Below the pieces are notes generated by a model. The model made no database searches. It was not told the DNA's origin and was given only the letters and a program-made list of their open reading frames with translations. A stretch of DNA of 64,000 nucleotides from assembly GCA_965208675.1 (NCBI GenBank), contig OZ242351.1, positions 2,592,001-2,656,000 on the forward strand, read 5' to 3'. This DNA comes from Candidatus Poribacteria bacterium (GTDB lineage: Bacteria > Poribacteria > WGA-4E > PCPOR2b). The position numbers were made by a program, and so were the translations under genes. Below, piece by piece: positions 30,697 through 41,594 of the stretch. Each line of letters starts with the position of its first letter. The first letter of the stretch is position 1.

Positions 30697-31557
30697 TTGC
30701 GGACAGATATGGGGGAAACAAAAGGGATAAAAAAAATGGAAAGAATTCCATGTTGTTTAGTAGCTGTGGATTTGGACGGAACGCTACTAAACGACGATTA
30801 CATTATTTCCGAGCGGAACTGTAGAGCACTTCGGGCTTTAACGGCGCAAGGAGTTATCGTGGTGCTTGCCTCAGGTAGAATGCACCAATCAATCTTGCCA
30901 ATCAGTAACAAGATTGGGTTAGAGAATCCGATAATTTCATACAACGGCGGGATGGTTAAACATGCCACAACTGAAAAGGTTTTCCATCACAGCCCTATTC
31001 CTGCCAAAATTGCAACTGAGCTTGTTGAATATTGCGATACGCGGCGGTTGCATTTCAATTTTTGCTTAAACGATAGGTTGTATGTTAAAACGCGCAATCA
31101 GTGGAGTCAACTCTACGAGGAAAGAACAGGGGTGCCGGCTGCGGTTCTTGACAATCTCCATCAACTGTATGGAGAAACCCCCACCAAGATGCAGATAATA
31201 GATACACCGGAAAGAATTAAGCGCCTTCTGACTGAATTAGAAGAAAGCTTTGGAGAACGTCTGTATGTTACACGAACACAGATTGAATATATTGAGTTTA
31301 TGAATCCTCATGTGTCAAAGGGACGGGCATTAAAAACACTCGCGGCTCAAATCAATGTCCCCATGAAACTCGTTGTTGCTGTCGGAGATGGTTACAACGA
31401 TGAAAGCATGATGAAGGTCGCGGGATTTCGTATTGCGATGGGCAATTCTGTGGACGAGATAAAAGCGTGCGCGGACTACATTACAGAAACCAATCAAAAC
31501 GACGGCGTCGCCAAGGCGGTTGAACAACTCCTACTACCCGAGGCAGTTAGAACATAA
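30697..31557 (+). CDS. Cof-type HAD-IIB hydrolase (start probably 30736)
   Basis: DLDGTLL, ASGR and GDGYND motifs. Confidence 0.93.
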   Translation: MRTDMGETKGIKKMERIPCCLVAVDLDGTLLNDDYIISERNCRALRALTAQGVIVVLASGRMHQSILPISNKIGLENPIISYNGGMVKHATTEKVFHHSPIPAKIATELVEYCDTRRLHFNFCLNDRLYVKTRNQWSQLYEERTGVPAAVLDNLHQLYGETPTKMQIIDTPERIKRLLTELEESFGERLYVTRTQIEYIEFMNPHVSKGRALKTLAAQINVPMKLVVAVGDGYNDESMMKVAGFRIAMGNSVDEIKACADYITETNQNDGVAKAVEQLLLPEAVRT

Positions 31558-31573
31558 TTCCACTTGTCCATAC

Positions 31574-31849
31574 TCATGCTTGTAGAGGGCGGCGAACTTT
31601 TAAACTGGAGACCGGAATATTTGCAACGAGCGCCATCGACTGCCCCTCCCGTTGCATCTCCATCTCAATTCCGTCTTGTTCAAGTTCAAAATATCTTGAC
31701 AATAGCGCTGTCATGTCCGTCTGCAAGGCTTTCATAAGTTGTTCATCAATGCCAATCCGATCTTGAACCAAGATTAATTGTAGGCGACTCTTGGCAGTAT
31801 CTTTACTTCTCTGATTCCGATGAAATAGTTTCAGCAATTGCTTGAGCAT
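31574..31849 (-). CDS. minE: Cell division topological specificity factor
   Basis: SKDTAKSRLQLILVQDR and ANIPV; downstream of minD. Confidence 0.93.
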   Translation of the reverse strand: MLKQLLKLFHRNQRSKDTAKSRLQLILVQDRIGIDEQLMKALQTDMTALLSRYFELEQDGIEMEMQREGQSMALVANIPVSSLKVRRPLQA

Positions 31850-31863
31850 GCTTTTCTCCCCTG

Positions 31864-32685
31864 TTAACTTACCTTGGACGAATTGAAATTGAACAAGAAT
31901 TTAAACCAGCCGCCGGCTTTGAATTCTGGAATTTGCACGTCCTCTCCTTCAATCCGCCTCGCAATTCGCCTGTAAGCTTGTCCACCATGCGATTGGTGAT
32001 TGTAGGTTGTGGGTAATCCTCGGTTGGTCGAGACGACAATTTCCTTATCTTCCGGAACGACGCCAATCAAATTGATTGATAAAATATCAATAATGTCATC
32101 CGGATTCATCATATCACCCGATTCGACCATTTTAGGCGCAAGGCGGTTGATAATCAACCCCATGTCATCTATTTCCATGTTCATCAATAATCCGATGATC
32201 CGATCGGCGTCTCTTACTGACGTAACTTCCGGTGTTGTTACGATAATTGCTACATCAGCACCTACTGCCGCGTTACGAAACCCCTGTTCAATCCCGGCGG
32301 GAGAATCAACAAGAACATAATCGTACTCTTCTTTCAACTCGAGACAAATCTTTTTCATCTGTTCGGGTTGAATATCATTTTTATTATTCTTCTGAGAAGC
32401 AGCTAGGAGGTGTAAATCCTTCGTGCGCCGATCCTTGACAAGCGCTTTATCGAGATCGCAAGTACCCTCAATCACATCCATTGAGGTGTAAACCACACGG
32501 CTTTCCAATCCCATAATGACATCAAGGTTTCTTAACCCAATGTCCGCATCAACAACAACGACCCTTTGGTTCAGTAAGGCCAAAGCAGTTCCTAGATTTG
32601 CTGTGGAAGTACTTTTGCCAACCCCCCCTTTTCCGGAGGTAACCACAATTACTTTCCCCATGGGTTTTACCATCCTTTCATTCAA
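31864..32685 (-). CDS. minD: Septum site-determining ATPase (start probably 32661)
   Basis: TSGKGGVGKS, DIGLRNLD, DSPAGIEQGF and RDADRIIGLL motifs. Confidence 0.97.
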   Translation of the reverse strand: MNERMVKPMGKVIVVTSGKGGVGKSTSTANLGTALALLNQRVVVVDADIGLRNLDVIMGLESRVVYTSMDVIEGTCDLDKALVKDRRTKDLHLLAASQKNNKNDIQPEQMKKICLELKEEYDYVLVDSPAGIEQGFRNAAVGADVAIIVTTPEVTSVRDADRIIGLLMNMEIDDMGLIINRLAPKMVESGDMMNPDDIIDILSINLIGVVPEDKEIVVSTNRGLPTTYNHQSHGGQAYRRIARRIEGEDVQIPEFKAGGWFKFLFNFNSSKVS

Positions 32686-32739
32686 TTATTCTCATTAGTT
32701 GCTCGAGGAAATTAAATTCCACCTAAAAATTGGATGTAT

Positions 32740-33522
32740 TCATGCAGATTGCAGTCCACTGTAATCCTCAACGATGATGGCCTTTTCGCGAATTCGGGCA
32801 ATTTCCACTTTCTGACGCGACGCCTGCCGTCCACTCGGCGGGCGTGTAATGAACTGCCCAATTCTCAATTGGGTCGGTACCAGATTTAAAGCGATTATTA
32901 CCGATGAGGTGTCACCGAGCGCCCCCGCATGAGCAACACCGCGCAATACTCCAAGCACGATGATGTCACCTGTCGCTATCACTTCCGCTCCGGGGTTTAC
33001 ATCGCCTAAAACAATCATGTTCCCCTCTAAGAAGCGTTCAACCTGCCCGGATCGCAAGGTGTGTCGGATATATCGAACTTCCTCTATTTTCGGCAAAAAA
33101 TTATTCTTGATGGTATTTTCTTCGCGATGGAGCGCTGGGGCGCCCCTAATCTTCCGTTTCGGCGTCGGTTCATTTGCCCAATCTGCCACCGGCTCATGTA
33201 TCTCATTGTCCGCCGGTTCATTTTCACGGCCCATTCCATCCAAGAGCCGTTCAACTTCTAAGCCGTAGGTCTCATGCAGCAGCATTTTGACGCGATTCAT
33301 TTCTTCATCACTCAGGGTTTCGTTTCGAATATCAATGTTCATCGTTGTTCCAGCAAGGGAATACCCCAAGTTTGCCATCCGCTTCTTTATCGCGAGTTCT
33401 ACCTGCTCTATTGATGCATCTGGTGCAATGATTAACCGTAAGCTGTCACGAAATCCTTTTAGTTCGACAATTGGGTGTGACACATTTTTCACTGGTAGTC
33501 TCCCTGTGCAAAAAATTGCCAA
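32740..33522 (-). CDS. minC: Septum site-determining protein
   Basis: TLRSGQ, GDVNPGAEVIA.GDIIV.G.LRG.AHAG and PTQLRI motifs. Confidence 0.93.
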   Translation of the reverse strand: MAIFCTGRLPVKNVSHPIVELKGFRDSLRLIIAPDASIEQVELAIKKRMANLGYSLAGTTMNIDIRNETLSDEEMNRVKMLLHETYGLEVERLLDGMGRENEPADNEIHEPVADWANEPTPKRKIRGAPALHREENTIKNNFLPKIEEVRYIRHTLRSGQVERFLEGNMIVLGDVNPGAEVIATGDIIVLGVLRGVAHAGALGDTSSVIIALNLVPTQLRIGQFITRPPSGRQASRQKVEIARIREKAIIVEDYSGLQSA

Positions 33523-33552
33523 TTAACGGGGTAAGGTATACTCACGCCCTAT

Positions 33553-34848
33553 TTAAGACATCTTTTCGACTGTTGCCAAAACGTAGGGACCGTCTGGAAT
33601 CGCCGCAATTTTAGCATCTGACCCGTGTTTTGAAAGTACAAGCTCAATTCCTTCTTCAAGGGTTGCTACCGGACGCACAAAGAGGTTTTCCAATTGATTG
33701 TGTGGAATACCGCCGGCATAACAATAAATTGCAGCTTTTCTTACTGCCTTTGCCAGTTCTTCAAGCTGCCACTGATCGATGATAAAGTTCGCCGAGTTGA
33801 AAATACCTTGAACAAACTGTTCAAGGTCCTGGGTTTTCAGGATGAGTTCCGTAAAGGATTCACTACCGATACCCTGACTACATTCAGCCACAAGAATTAT
33901 GCTTCCATTGGGCTTGACAATCTCCGCGGCAGCCAACACGCCCTTAATCGCTTGATAAAACGTCGCGTCTAGTGGATAACCGGCACCCGACACGACTACC
34001 GCGTCTACTGGACGCGGCAGCGTCGCTTTCACTTGTTTCTCAACGAATTTGGCACCGGCTAGGTGTGCTTTAACCAAATCGCCGGCAAATACGCCGGTTA
34101 ACCTTCGCCGACTATCAATCGCTACATTGACACTGAAATCGACACCCGCCATCAGGGCAATTTCTGTGGCTTCGATATGAAATGGATTGTCCGCCATCAC
34201 TCCCACGGATGCCTTTGGATGCTCAAGGATTTTCGGACCGTGCATTGTTTTAATCGTTTCGACCGAAACTAAACCTGGACAGACCGCCTTGCGTCCACCA
34301 GAATATCCTGCCATCAGGTGCGGTTCAATCAAAGAGGTAGTGATCTTGAGATCGGATTCCAAATAGGTTTTATCAATATGAACAGGAGTGCCATTCCGTG
34401 TTAAACCGAGGTATTTGTGCGTTTGGGGTTCTTGAGCAAGATGATTAACAATCCGGTAGCTATTTAAGATATCGCGCCCAACCATCTCCTCCAACTCTTT
34501 CCCTTCATTGGGGCGATGGATTCCTGTAGCAATTAAAATTGTAATTTTTTCGCGCGGGATGCGTTGTAGTTCCAAAGTTCGAAGGATAGGCGGAAGAATC
34601 AATTGATTGGGAACCGGGCGTGTTACATCCGAAATAACCACACAAGCGGAGGTGCGATTCGCCGCTAATTCGCTCAATGGCGCTGAATCAATCGGTGACT
34701 TGAGCGCTTCCCAAATTGATTGTTCTGCATCGGCAAGTGGAACAGATTGTTGGACATTTAAAACCCCTGCCAAATTTTGGTCGGGAATTTCAACTTCCAA
34801 AGTTCCTCGACCATATCTCATCCCGACTCGCACTGGTAAAAACCTCAA
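33553..34848 (-). CDS. larA: Nickel-pincer-dependent lactate racemase family protein
   Basis: SDVTRP, ATGIHRP, PHLMAGYSGGRK and FYQAIKG motifs. Confidence 0.9.
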   Translation of the reverse strand: MRFLPVRVGMRYGRGTLEVEIPDQNLAGVLNVQQSVPLADAEQSIWEALKSPIDSAPLSELAANRTSACVVISDVTRPVPNQLILPPILRTLELQRIPREKITILIATGIHRPNEGKELEEMVGRDILNSYRIVNHLAQEPQTHKYLGLTRNGTPVHIDKTYLESDLKITTSLIEPHLMAGYSGGRKAVCPGLVSVETIKTMHGPKILEHPKASVGVMADNPFHIEATEIALMAGVDFSVNVAIDSRRRLTGVFAGDLVKAHLAGAKFVEKQVKATLPRPVDAVVVSGAGYPLDATFYQAIKGVLAAAEIVKPNGSIILVAECSQGIGSESFTELILKTQDLEQFVQGIFNSANFIIDQWQLEELAKAVRKAAIYCYAGGIPHNQLENLFVRPVATLEEGIELVLSKHGSDAKIAAIPDGPYVLATVEKMS

Positions 34849-35254
34849 TTCTGCTTGAAAAACATAATGCCGTTATAAACCGGATTGGCGTATCGCGCTA
34901 GTCATTTTGAGAAATATATATTTTCACTATAACGTAACATAACGCTCAGAGTTTTCAATTGGATTCAAAAAAAACTCGAATTTAATCAGAAAAACACAAA
35001 TTAATTCCGAATTGAGCTATTGGTAGTAAGTTCTTTGGCATATTTTTGATTTTAGGTTGAGCACAATTCGATTTTTCAGCATCAACCGCCGCAAGCGGGG
35101 CATCTTGCACCGCATCACTCTCATCGTACAACTGCGTTAGTCCTAACATTTTTTTAGTCTAGAACGTTCGCCGCAAAAGTTGCATTTTCACATTTCGGAA
35201 AGATAGCTTAACACATCCTCAATATTTTTGCAAGTTGCAGGCGTGAGTAACTAG

Positions 35255-35453
35255 GGCGTGTTGACATTTGGCATCCCGTGGGTTGAATTGAACGGTCAAA
35301 CGGCAGTCCCTATCAAGTACAAAGGAATCTTTTGTAACACAATCTGTTAGATTGTGATCCCAGCCCGCAAACTAACAGTTTGCGCTACTTATATCAGATT
35401 ATCCAATGGTGACAACGTTTGCCGAATCAGTAGCCGCAAAATGTCAACAGAAC
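35255..35453. mobile_element. ~200-bp MITE-like element with IS5-type ends
   Basis: Imperfect terminal IRs ggcgtgttgacattt / aaatgtcaacagaac, flanked by CTAG on both sides; internal REP-like cgcaaactaacagtttgcgctac. Confidence 0.6.
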
Positions 35454-35856
35454 CTAGATTGAACCCTGTTTAGAACCGTAATCGGCGGCTCTGCCAACCG
35501 CATGTTCAAACTGGCCGCGCAATTTCGTTTATGGATGATGACCCAAATGACTCAACGCATTTCAATACCATCAATCCACGACCTTCCAAAGACGAAGGGT
35601 GATTATGAATTTAAAAATGCCTTGACAAAACAAGGTAGAATCGGCAAAAATGCAGTATGATACAATTTCATCTGCGCCAACGTTGAAAACCATTAACACG
35701 AACACCGGTTTAAGAATCGCTTGGACCGAGTTGGCAAAACATGTTTCCCTTGAAAACCACCAGCTGCTAGGCACATAAGTTTAAATTCAGTCGCGGCGAG
35801 GGTAGTTTTTTAACGCAAACTCCAAAGGGAAAGCAATCTTAGGGAGAAAAGAAACC

Positions 35857-36240
35857 GTGCAACAGGTAGTTGTTACCACTAAACCGAACGGCGCTGGGCG
35901 CAGTTGGTTGGAGGTCGGTAATTTTGAAATCGATCAATTCAACCGTAAACAGTGGGTAAAACGAAACGTGCCGTATCAGGATCGACGTTTGAAAACCGAT
36001 CGTCGATACTCGGATCGGGGCGAAACGGTTGATTGGATTATACTCATTCCCGACGATTATCCGATGTCCCTCGTCAAGGTGAATTATGACAGGTTAAATC
36101 CCAGAAACGTAGAAGTTCTCTGGGAACCGGCCAGTACCTCAGATGTAGACCGCGACACAAAGATAAAACGTGCTCTTGAACTGGCGGCTGGGAATGAAGA
36201 GTTGGAAAACTTACTTAAGGAATTGCTCGCCGCGCAATGA
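35857..36240 (+). CDS. Hypothetical protein
   Basis: 127-aa ORF with GTG start and AGGGAG RBS. Confidence 0.65.
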   Translation: MQQVVVTTKPNGAGRSWLEVGNFEIDQFNRKQWVKRNVPYQDRRLKTDRRYSDRGETVDWIILIPDDYPMSLVKVNYDRLNPRNVEVLWEPASTSDVDRDTKIKRALELAAGNEELENLLKELLAAQ

Positions 36241-36449
36241 TAATCCGGTAACCGGAGAGTGGATGCAAATTGACACCAGTGAGATGCAATTTGAACAAAT
36301 TATGTATACACGGCTCAGGAAACATCAGTAAACTTCTGCCGCGGCTTTAGCGCGGCAGATGGCGGAAATTTCAATCTTCACGGAGTTCCCGATGTCCACG
36401 TTTCAATGCAACGGCATCAATCCATTTTACGATTTCGCAAGGAGTACAT

Positions 36450-37472
36450 ATGAATCACATTGTGACCCGGGAGGAACTTTGTCGAAGTATTGAACTGGTT
36501 CCTCAAGTTGACATTGGTCACTTCCCAACACCCCTAGAAGAATGCCCCCGCTTATCCGAGGCATTGGGCGGGCCTCGCATTTTTATGAAACGGGAAGATT
36601 GTTCAGGGCTTGCGTTTGGAGGAAACAAGGTCCGACAGTTGACGTTCACAATTGGCGAAGCAGTCCATCGCGGTGCAGACACCATCGTTCACGGTGCAGC
36701 GTCACAATCGAACCACTGCCGCCAAACCGCCGCTGCCGCCGCTCGATTGGGATTGAAGTGTTACCTGCGGTTGTCACGAGGGCAGAAAAGCACGCTGCAA
36801 GGAAATCTACTCTTGGATTATCTCGCCGGTGCGGACGTTGAACTCGTCGATCTCCCTATTGGCCCTGAATTGGATGCGATTAAATACGCCACGGCGGAGG
36901 AACTGGCAGCAGCGGGTCTCAAGCCATACGTCATTGCACACCCCCGATCGACTGCCCTAGCGGCTGTGGCTTTTGCGTGGTGTGTCACTGAAATCCATGC
37001 GCAACAGCAGGAATTAGGAATTGAGGCAGACTGGATTTATGCAGGATCGACCGGCGGTACCCAAGCGGGGTTAATCCTCGGATCAAAAGCGCTAGGAATG
37101 AAATTGAAACCCGTAGGAATCACTCCGATTCGTTGGGATGATCGGGTCGAGCGAATCCGAAATGCTGCAAATGATGCCGCGAAGATTCTAAATTTAAACC
37201 TACAAATCGCTGATGATGAGGTAGAAAACTCAGACGATTACGTCGGGGAGGCGTATGGTGTAGTCTCTTCCGAATGCATTGACGCCTTGAAAGTGGTCGC
37301 CCGGACCGAGGGCATCTTCCTGGATCCGGTGTACACCAGCAAAGCCTTTGCCGGCTTAATTGACCATGTTAGAAAGGGCAAGATTACTTCCGATGAAACT
37401 GTGATTTTCTTGCACACCGGTGGAACTCCGGCACTATTTGCTTATAACGAAGAGCTATTTGCAACGGACTAA
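36450..37472 (+). CDS. D-cysteine desulfhydrase/ACC deaminase family PLP enzyme
   Basis: PTPL, KRED..GLAFGGNKVR, QSNH, LDPVYTSKA and LHTGG motifs. Confidence 0.93.
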   Translation: MNHIVTREELCRSIELVPQVDIGHFPTPLEECPRLSEALGGPRIFMKREDCSGLAFGGNKVRQLTFTIGEAVHRGADTIVHGAASQSNHCRQTAAAAARLGLKCYLRLSRGQKSTLQGNLLLDYLAGADVELVDLPIGPELDAIKYATAEELAAAGLKPYVIAHPRSTALAAVAFAWCVTEIHAQQQELGIEADWIYAGSTGGTQAGLILGSKALGMKLKPVGITPIRWDDRVERIRNAANDAAKILNLNLQIADDEVENSDDYVGEAYGVVSSECIDALKVVARTEGIFLDPVYTSKAFAGLIDHVRKGKITSDETVIFLHTGGTPALFAYNEELFATD

Positions 37473-37499
37473 TAATGAATCAGGCGAAGGCTCGTGCGC

Positions 37500-38576
37500 T
37501 TACGGAATCTGATACCGCCGGGCGTCTGCGGTTTCGACTACATCGCCGCTCAGAGAGATACCCAACTTCTCTGCCCAGTCCTGTATCTGCCGATAGATGG
37601 TGTCCGGCACTTCAACTCCGTGAACTAGACGCTCAACCCGTGAACTGTGCTCAAAATCACCAGGCACCAATACTTCATCAAAGCCGCGTGCCGGCGGTGT
37701 TTTCTTGATGTCGTCTAGAAATCCGCGAACACGCCGCTGGTAGGCCTCCAACGGTGCAAAAGCGCGGGGATCAATTACTTGCATAAACGTACCGCCCATC
37801 GCTCCCCGCTCAGCGTTGAAGCCTTCAGACAATCCTCCAAGCAGGCAAATTAGGAGCGAGAGCGCGTAACCCTTATGTCCGCCGAACGGCAGTAGGAATC
37901 CGCCGTCGTAATAATCCTCCGTTTTGACGCTTGGGTTGCCATGTTTATCAATAATGCAACCCTCCGGAAGTTCGGAATTTTTGCTTTCGGCGACCATGAT
38001 TTTGCCCCCGGCAATCTTCGCTGTGGCGAAATCAATGATGAAGGGCACGTCATCACCCGTGGGAACCCCAATAGCAATCGGGTTGGTTCCCAACATGCCG
38101 CTTGCGCCGCCAAAAGGCACAATCTTTTTGCCTACCCGCTCGCCTCTGCCATAGGTAATGATACCGATGCATCCCGAATGTGCCGCAATTTCTACATATT
38201 CCCCCAACCGCCCGATATGTCCGGTACCTACGAAGCTCACGCAACAGACACCGGTTTCTCTTGCTTTCTCAATTGCCAGTTTCGTTGCTTTTCTGGCAGT
38301 GTAGTGCCCAAAACCCCACTGCCCATCAATAAATAGGGTGTTGGCGGTCTCTTTGACTACCTTTGGTTCCGCACCGGGATGGATTATTCCTTTTGAAATA
38401 TCGGACAAATAGTGGGGCACACGAAGCACACCGTGTGAGTCATGTCCAGTAAGGTTGGCGTTGACCAGAACCTCTGCCACGACATCAGCAATATGACGGA
38501 GCGCGCCTGCTTCCGTCAACAATCGCCGGGTAATCGCGTGAAGATAACTGGCTTGAAAGCAGTGTGCTTTTTCCAC
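37500..38576 (-). CDS. Ldh_2 family (malate/L-lactate dehydrogenase) oxidoreductase, paralog 2
   Basis: GHDSHG, HIGRLG, GTNPIA and FGGHKGY. GTG start at 38576 chosen from the RBS and alignment with its neighbour. Confidence 0.92.
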   Translation of the reverse strand: MEKAHCFQASYLHAITRRLLTEAGALRHIADVVAEVLVNANLTGHDSHGVLRVPHYLSDISKGIIHPGAEPKVVKETANTLFIDGQWGFGHYTARKATKLAIEKARETGVCCVSFVGTGHIGRLGEYVEIAAHSGCIGIITYGRGERVGKKIVPFGGASGMLGTNPIAIGVPTGDDVPFIIDFATAKIAGGKIMVAESKNSELPEGCIIDKHGNPSVKTEDYYDGGFLLPFGGHKGYALSLLICLLGGLSEGFNAERGAMGGTFMQVIDPRAFAPLEAYQRRVRGFLDDIKKTPPARGFDEVLVPGDFEHSSRVERLVHGVEVPDTIYRQIQDWAEKLGISLSGDVVETADARRYQIP

Positions 38577-38853
38577 AGCTTTCGCTCCTACTTTGACCGA
38601 GCATTTCTGCTGCAAAACGGGCAACTTACGCGCAATTATAGCGGCATTAACAGTGGTAGGTAGTAGGAAATCCGCTTGATAATTAAGTACCCATTAGCCT
38701 AGGATGATTTGCGTTTCGCGCAGCAAATCAACTCGCACAGCGGAGTAGAAACGGACTCTGCAAACATTATGCGGGATTTACACCAGAAACAAGGAATAAT
38801 GCCCAATCTGTAGTGAAATTTACACTATGCGCGTTACAATTTTCCTATCGCGT

Positions 38854-39933
38854 TCACGAGACAAGATATCGATCTACATCGGCGGTTTCGACCACTTCCT
38901 CACCCAGAGTAACACCCAACTTTTCCGCCCATTCTCGGGTACGTTTGTAGTAAATGGCGTCCGGAACATCAATGCCGTTAGCCAAGCGGTGCCGACGTGA
39001 ACGGCGCTCAAAATCACCGGGTACCAAGACCTCGTCAAAGCCGGGTGCCGGCGGCGATGCCTTGATATTGTCTAGGAATTCACGAACATTCCGCTGGTAC
39101 GTTTCCACAGGCGCAAATGCATTTATGTTAATCACCTGCATGAATATACCGCCGACGTAGTCCTTCTCGGCATCAAAGTCTCCATGCTGGAAGCCAAGCA
39201 GACAAGTCAGCAGTGAAAGTGCATAACCCTTGTGCCCGCCAAACGGAAGCAGCGCTCCGCCATCCCAATAATCCGCCGATTTGACGGTTGGATTCCCGTG
39301 TTTATCAACAATGCACCCTTCGGGAAGATCTTCGCCTTTACTGTCCGCAAATTCAATTTTTGCGCCGGCAATCACGCTTGTGGCAAAATCGATGATGAAC
39401 GGCGTATCATCACCGGTCGGAACACCGACGGCGATCGGGTTAGTCTCAAGTGCACCCTTCGCACCCCCGAATGGCGCGACAAACCCCTTGTCTATCCCGC
39501 TGTATCCAACTGTGATGATGCCAATGCACCCCGCTCGCACAGCAACCTCGGCATACTCTCCCAGCCTGCCGATGTGCCCGGTGCGCAGGAAACTCACACA
39601 GCAGACATCAGACTGTTTAGCTTTTTCAATCGCCAAATCCATCGCCTTCCGTGCAATGTAGTGCCCAAATGCCTTGTTCCCGTCAATGTGAAGCGTGCTA
39701 GCTGTCTCTTTGACCACTTTCGGTTCGGCATCCGGGTCAAGTCGCCCTTCTGCGATGTCCAGCAAATAGCGGGGGACGTGAAGCACACCGTGTGAATCAT
39801 GACCGACAAGGTTGGAATTGACCAAAATTTCGGCAACGGTATCGGCAATATGACGCGGCGTGCCTGCTGCCATGAATAGCCGCCGCGTGATCGCGTGAAG
39901 ATGGCTCGCTTGAAAGTGATGAGTCGTTTCCAT
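38854..39933 (-). CDS. Ldh_2 family oxidoreductase, paralog 1
   Basis: Same motifs; close paralog of the adjacent gene. Confidence 0.93.
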   Translation of the reverse strand: METTHHFQASHLHAITRRLFMAAGTPRHIADTVAEILVNSNLVGHDSHGVLHVPRYLLDIAEGRLDPDAEPKVVKETASTLHIDGNKAFGHYIARKAMDLAIEKAKQSDVCCVSFLRTGHIGRLGEYAEVAVRAGCIGIITVGYSGIDKGFVAPFGGAKGALETNPIAVGVPTGDDTPFIIDFATSVIAGAKIEFADSKGEDLPEGCIVDKHGNPTVKSADYWDGGALLPFGGHKGYALSLLTCLLGFQHGDFDAEKDYVGGIFMQVININAFAPVETYQRNVREFLDNIKASPPAPGFDEVLVPGDFERRSRRHRLANGIDVPDAIYYKRTREWAEKLGVTLGEEVVETADVDRYLVS

Positions 39934-39959
39934 ATCTTGCAGCGCCCCTTAAAATGGTT

Positions 39960-40808
39960 TTAGCTTAACCTGTAAAACTGGATAGCGTTGTCGTGGAATA
40001 ATTTGTTGGTTTCATCCTCAGAATAGTCTTGCACCGCCCACTTCAGGGTATCAACCCACCGCGGATACTCCGTTGCGGCCGTCGAAACAGGCCAATCACT
40101 TCCGTACATCACGCGCTCAAAACTGAAGCATTCTATCACATGTTCAATGTACGGCTTCATATCCTCCCGAGTCCAATTCTCGTGATCGGCTTCCGTTGCT
40201 AAGCCAGAAATTTTGCAGACGATATTCGGAAATTCGGACAGTGTTTTTAATTCGCCCCTCCACGGGTCGAAGATTTGCCCTTTAATATCGGGTTTTGCAA
40301 TGTGATCCAATATAAAATGGATATTCGGACACTGCTCCACCATCTTAATGGTATTTGCCAACTGCGGGTGACGGATACAGATGTCAAAGCTGAAACCAAA
40401 TTCTTCGAGAATTTGTACCCCTTTTATGAAATTCGGCTGTACACAAAATTCAATGCTTTCGCCTTCAATAACGTGACGTACTCCTTTGACTATTTGAATA
40501 TCAGCCAGTTTTTCTAATACTGGTCTGACTTCCTCCCCATTATAAACGGGCGCTTCGGCTACAATCCCTTTAAGCCTAGCATCGTCTCTTGCCAGAGAAG
40601 CCACCCATTCCGCTTCCACGACTCCATCATACCCGCCGCATTGCACAAAGACCAGCGCTTCAATATTAATTTCTCCATGGGCGGCTCGATATTCCGCTAA
40701 CGCATGCGGTTTAGCAAATGATGGCGGTGCATCTTCAAGCCACGGATATCTCAACGCACCTTGATCCCATAAGTGAACATGGGTATCAACAATTGGAATG
40801 TTTTTCAA
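39960..40808 (-). CDS. Amidohydrolase_2 family protein (L-fuconolactonase-like)
   Basis: DTHVHLW, LDHIAKP, CKISGL and GSDWPV motifs. Confidence 0.9.
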   Translation of the reverse strand: MKNIPIVDTHVHLWDQGALRYPWLEDAPPSFAKPHALAEYRAAHGEINIEALVFVQCGGYDGVVEAEWVASLARDDARLKGIVAEAPVYNGEEVRPVLEKLADIQIVKGVRHVIEGESIEFCVQPNFIKGVQILEEFGFSFDICIRHPQLANTIKMVEQCPNIHFILDHIAKPDIKGQIFDPWRGELKTLSEFPNIVCKISGLATEADHENWTREDMKPYIEHVIECFSFERVMYGSDWPVSTAATEYPRWVDTLKWAVQDYSEDETNKLFHDNAIQFYRLS

Positions 40809-41446
40809 TGTTCAACTCCTTTTTGAAAAGAATGAATTAGCCGACTTGCGTCATTTAAATCAGCGGGAGTATTGATGTTAAAAAACGAATGCCCGTGCGG
40901 ATCGAACTGCCGCCATTCGGACGGCGGGACAACACGAACAGAGATTCGGCTGTATAATGCATGGACGCGCAGTTCACCCTCGGCGAACATCTGCTTGATG
41001 GCAGACAAGCACTTCTTGGAATATACGGCGGACAGTGTTTGAAATTTGGGGTCAGAGGGATTCGAATCCTCGACATACGGAACAACGGCATCGTCTTCGC
41101 CCAAGATTGTGGTCAAATAAGACAATAGTCTCGGCTGCAGCAGCGGCATATCGCAAGCAACGCAGATTACGGCGGGATTGTCTGCGCGGGTGAGGCCGGT
41201 ATATATACCGCCCAATGCACCCATGTTTGGAACAACATCTGTATACATCCGCACGCCTAGATGCCCAAACTGCGATGGGGTGTTCGTAATCAGTAGGAGA
41301 TTAGTCGTGACCAATCTCATTTGACAAAGCGTGTGTTCAATAAGTGTGGCACATCCAAGCCGCATTAGCGCCTTGTTCTGCCCCATTCGACGGCTGCTTC
41401 CGCCAGCGAGGATGATTCCTGTTGTGGAGTCCTTGACGGTTTGCAT
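40805..41446 (-). CDS. mobA: Molybdenum cofactor guanylyltransferase
   Basis: ILAGGSSRRMGQNKA, ACDMP and FFNINTP motifs. Confidence 0.9.
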   Translation of the reverse strand: MQTVKDSTTGIILAGGSSRRMGQNKALMRLGCATLIEHTLCQMRLVTTNLLLITNTPSQFGHLGVRMYTDVVPNMGALGGIYTGLTRADNPAVICVACDMPLLQPRLLSYLTTILGEDDAVVPYVEDSNPSDPKFQTLSAVYSKKCLSAIKQMFAEGELRVHALYSRISVRVVPPSEWRQFDPHGHSFFNINTPADLNDASRLIHSFQKGVEH

Positions 41447-41594
41447 GATATTTTATCCATCATATCATTCTGGCCTAGCCGCGTCAACAGAAAATCTAAA
41501 ATTTCAGAAATCATCATTGACGGATTACAGCTATTCTGATAGGCTGCAACTGCCTTGATTTCTGAGTTCAATCCCTCATTGTAAAGGAAGACTT

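Noticed and set aside
31574-33522. minCDE as a novelty
   Set aside because: Canonical order and motifs; ordinary housekeeping.
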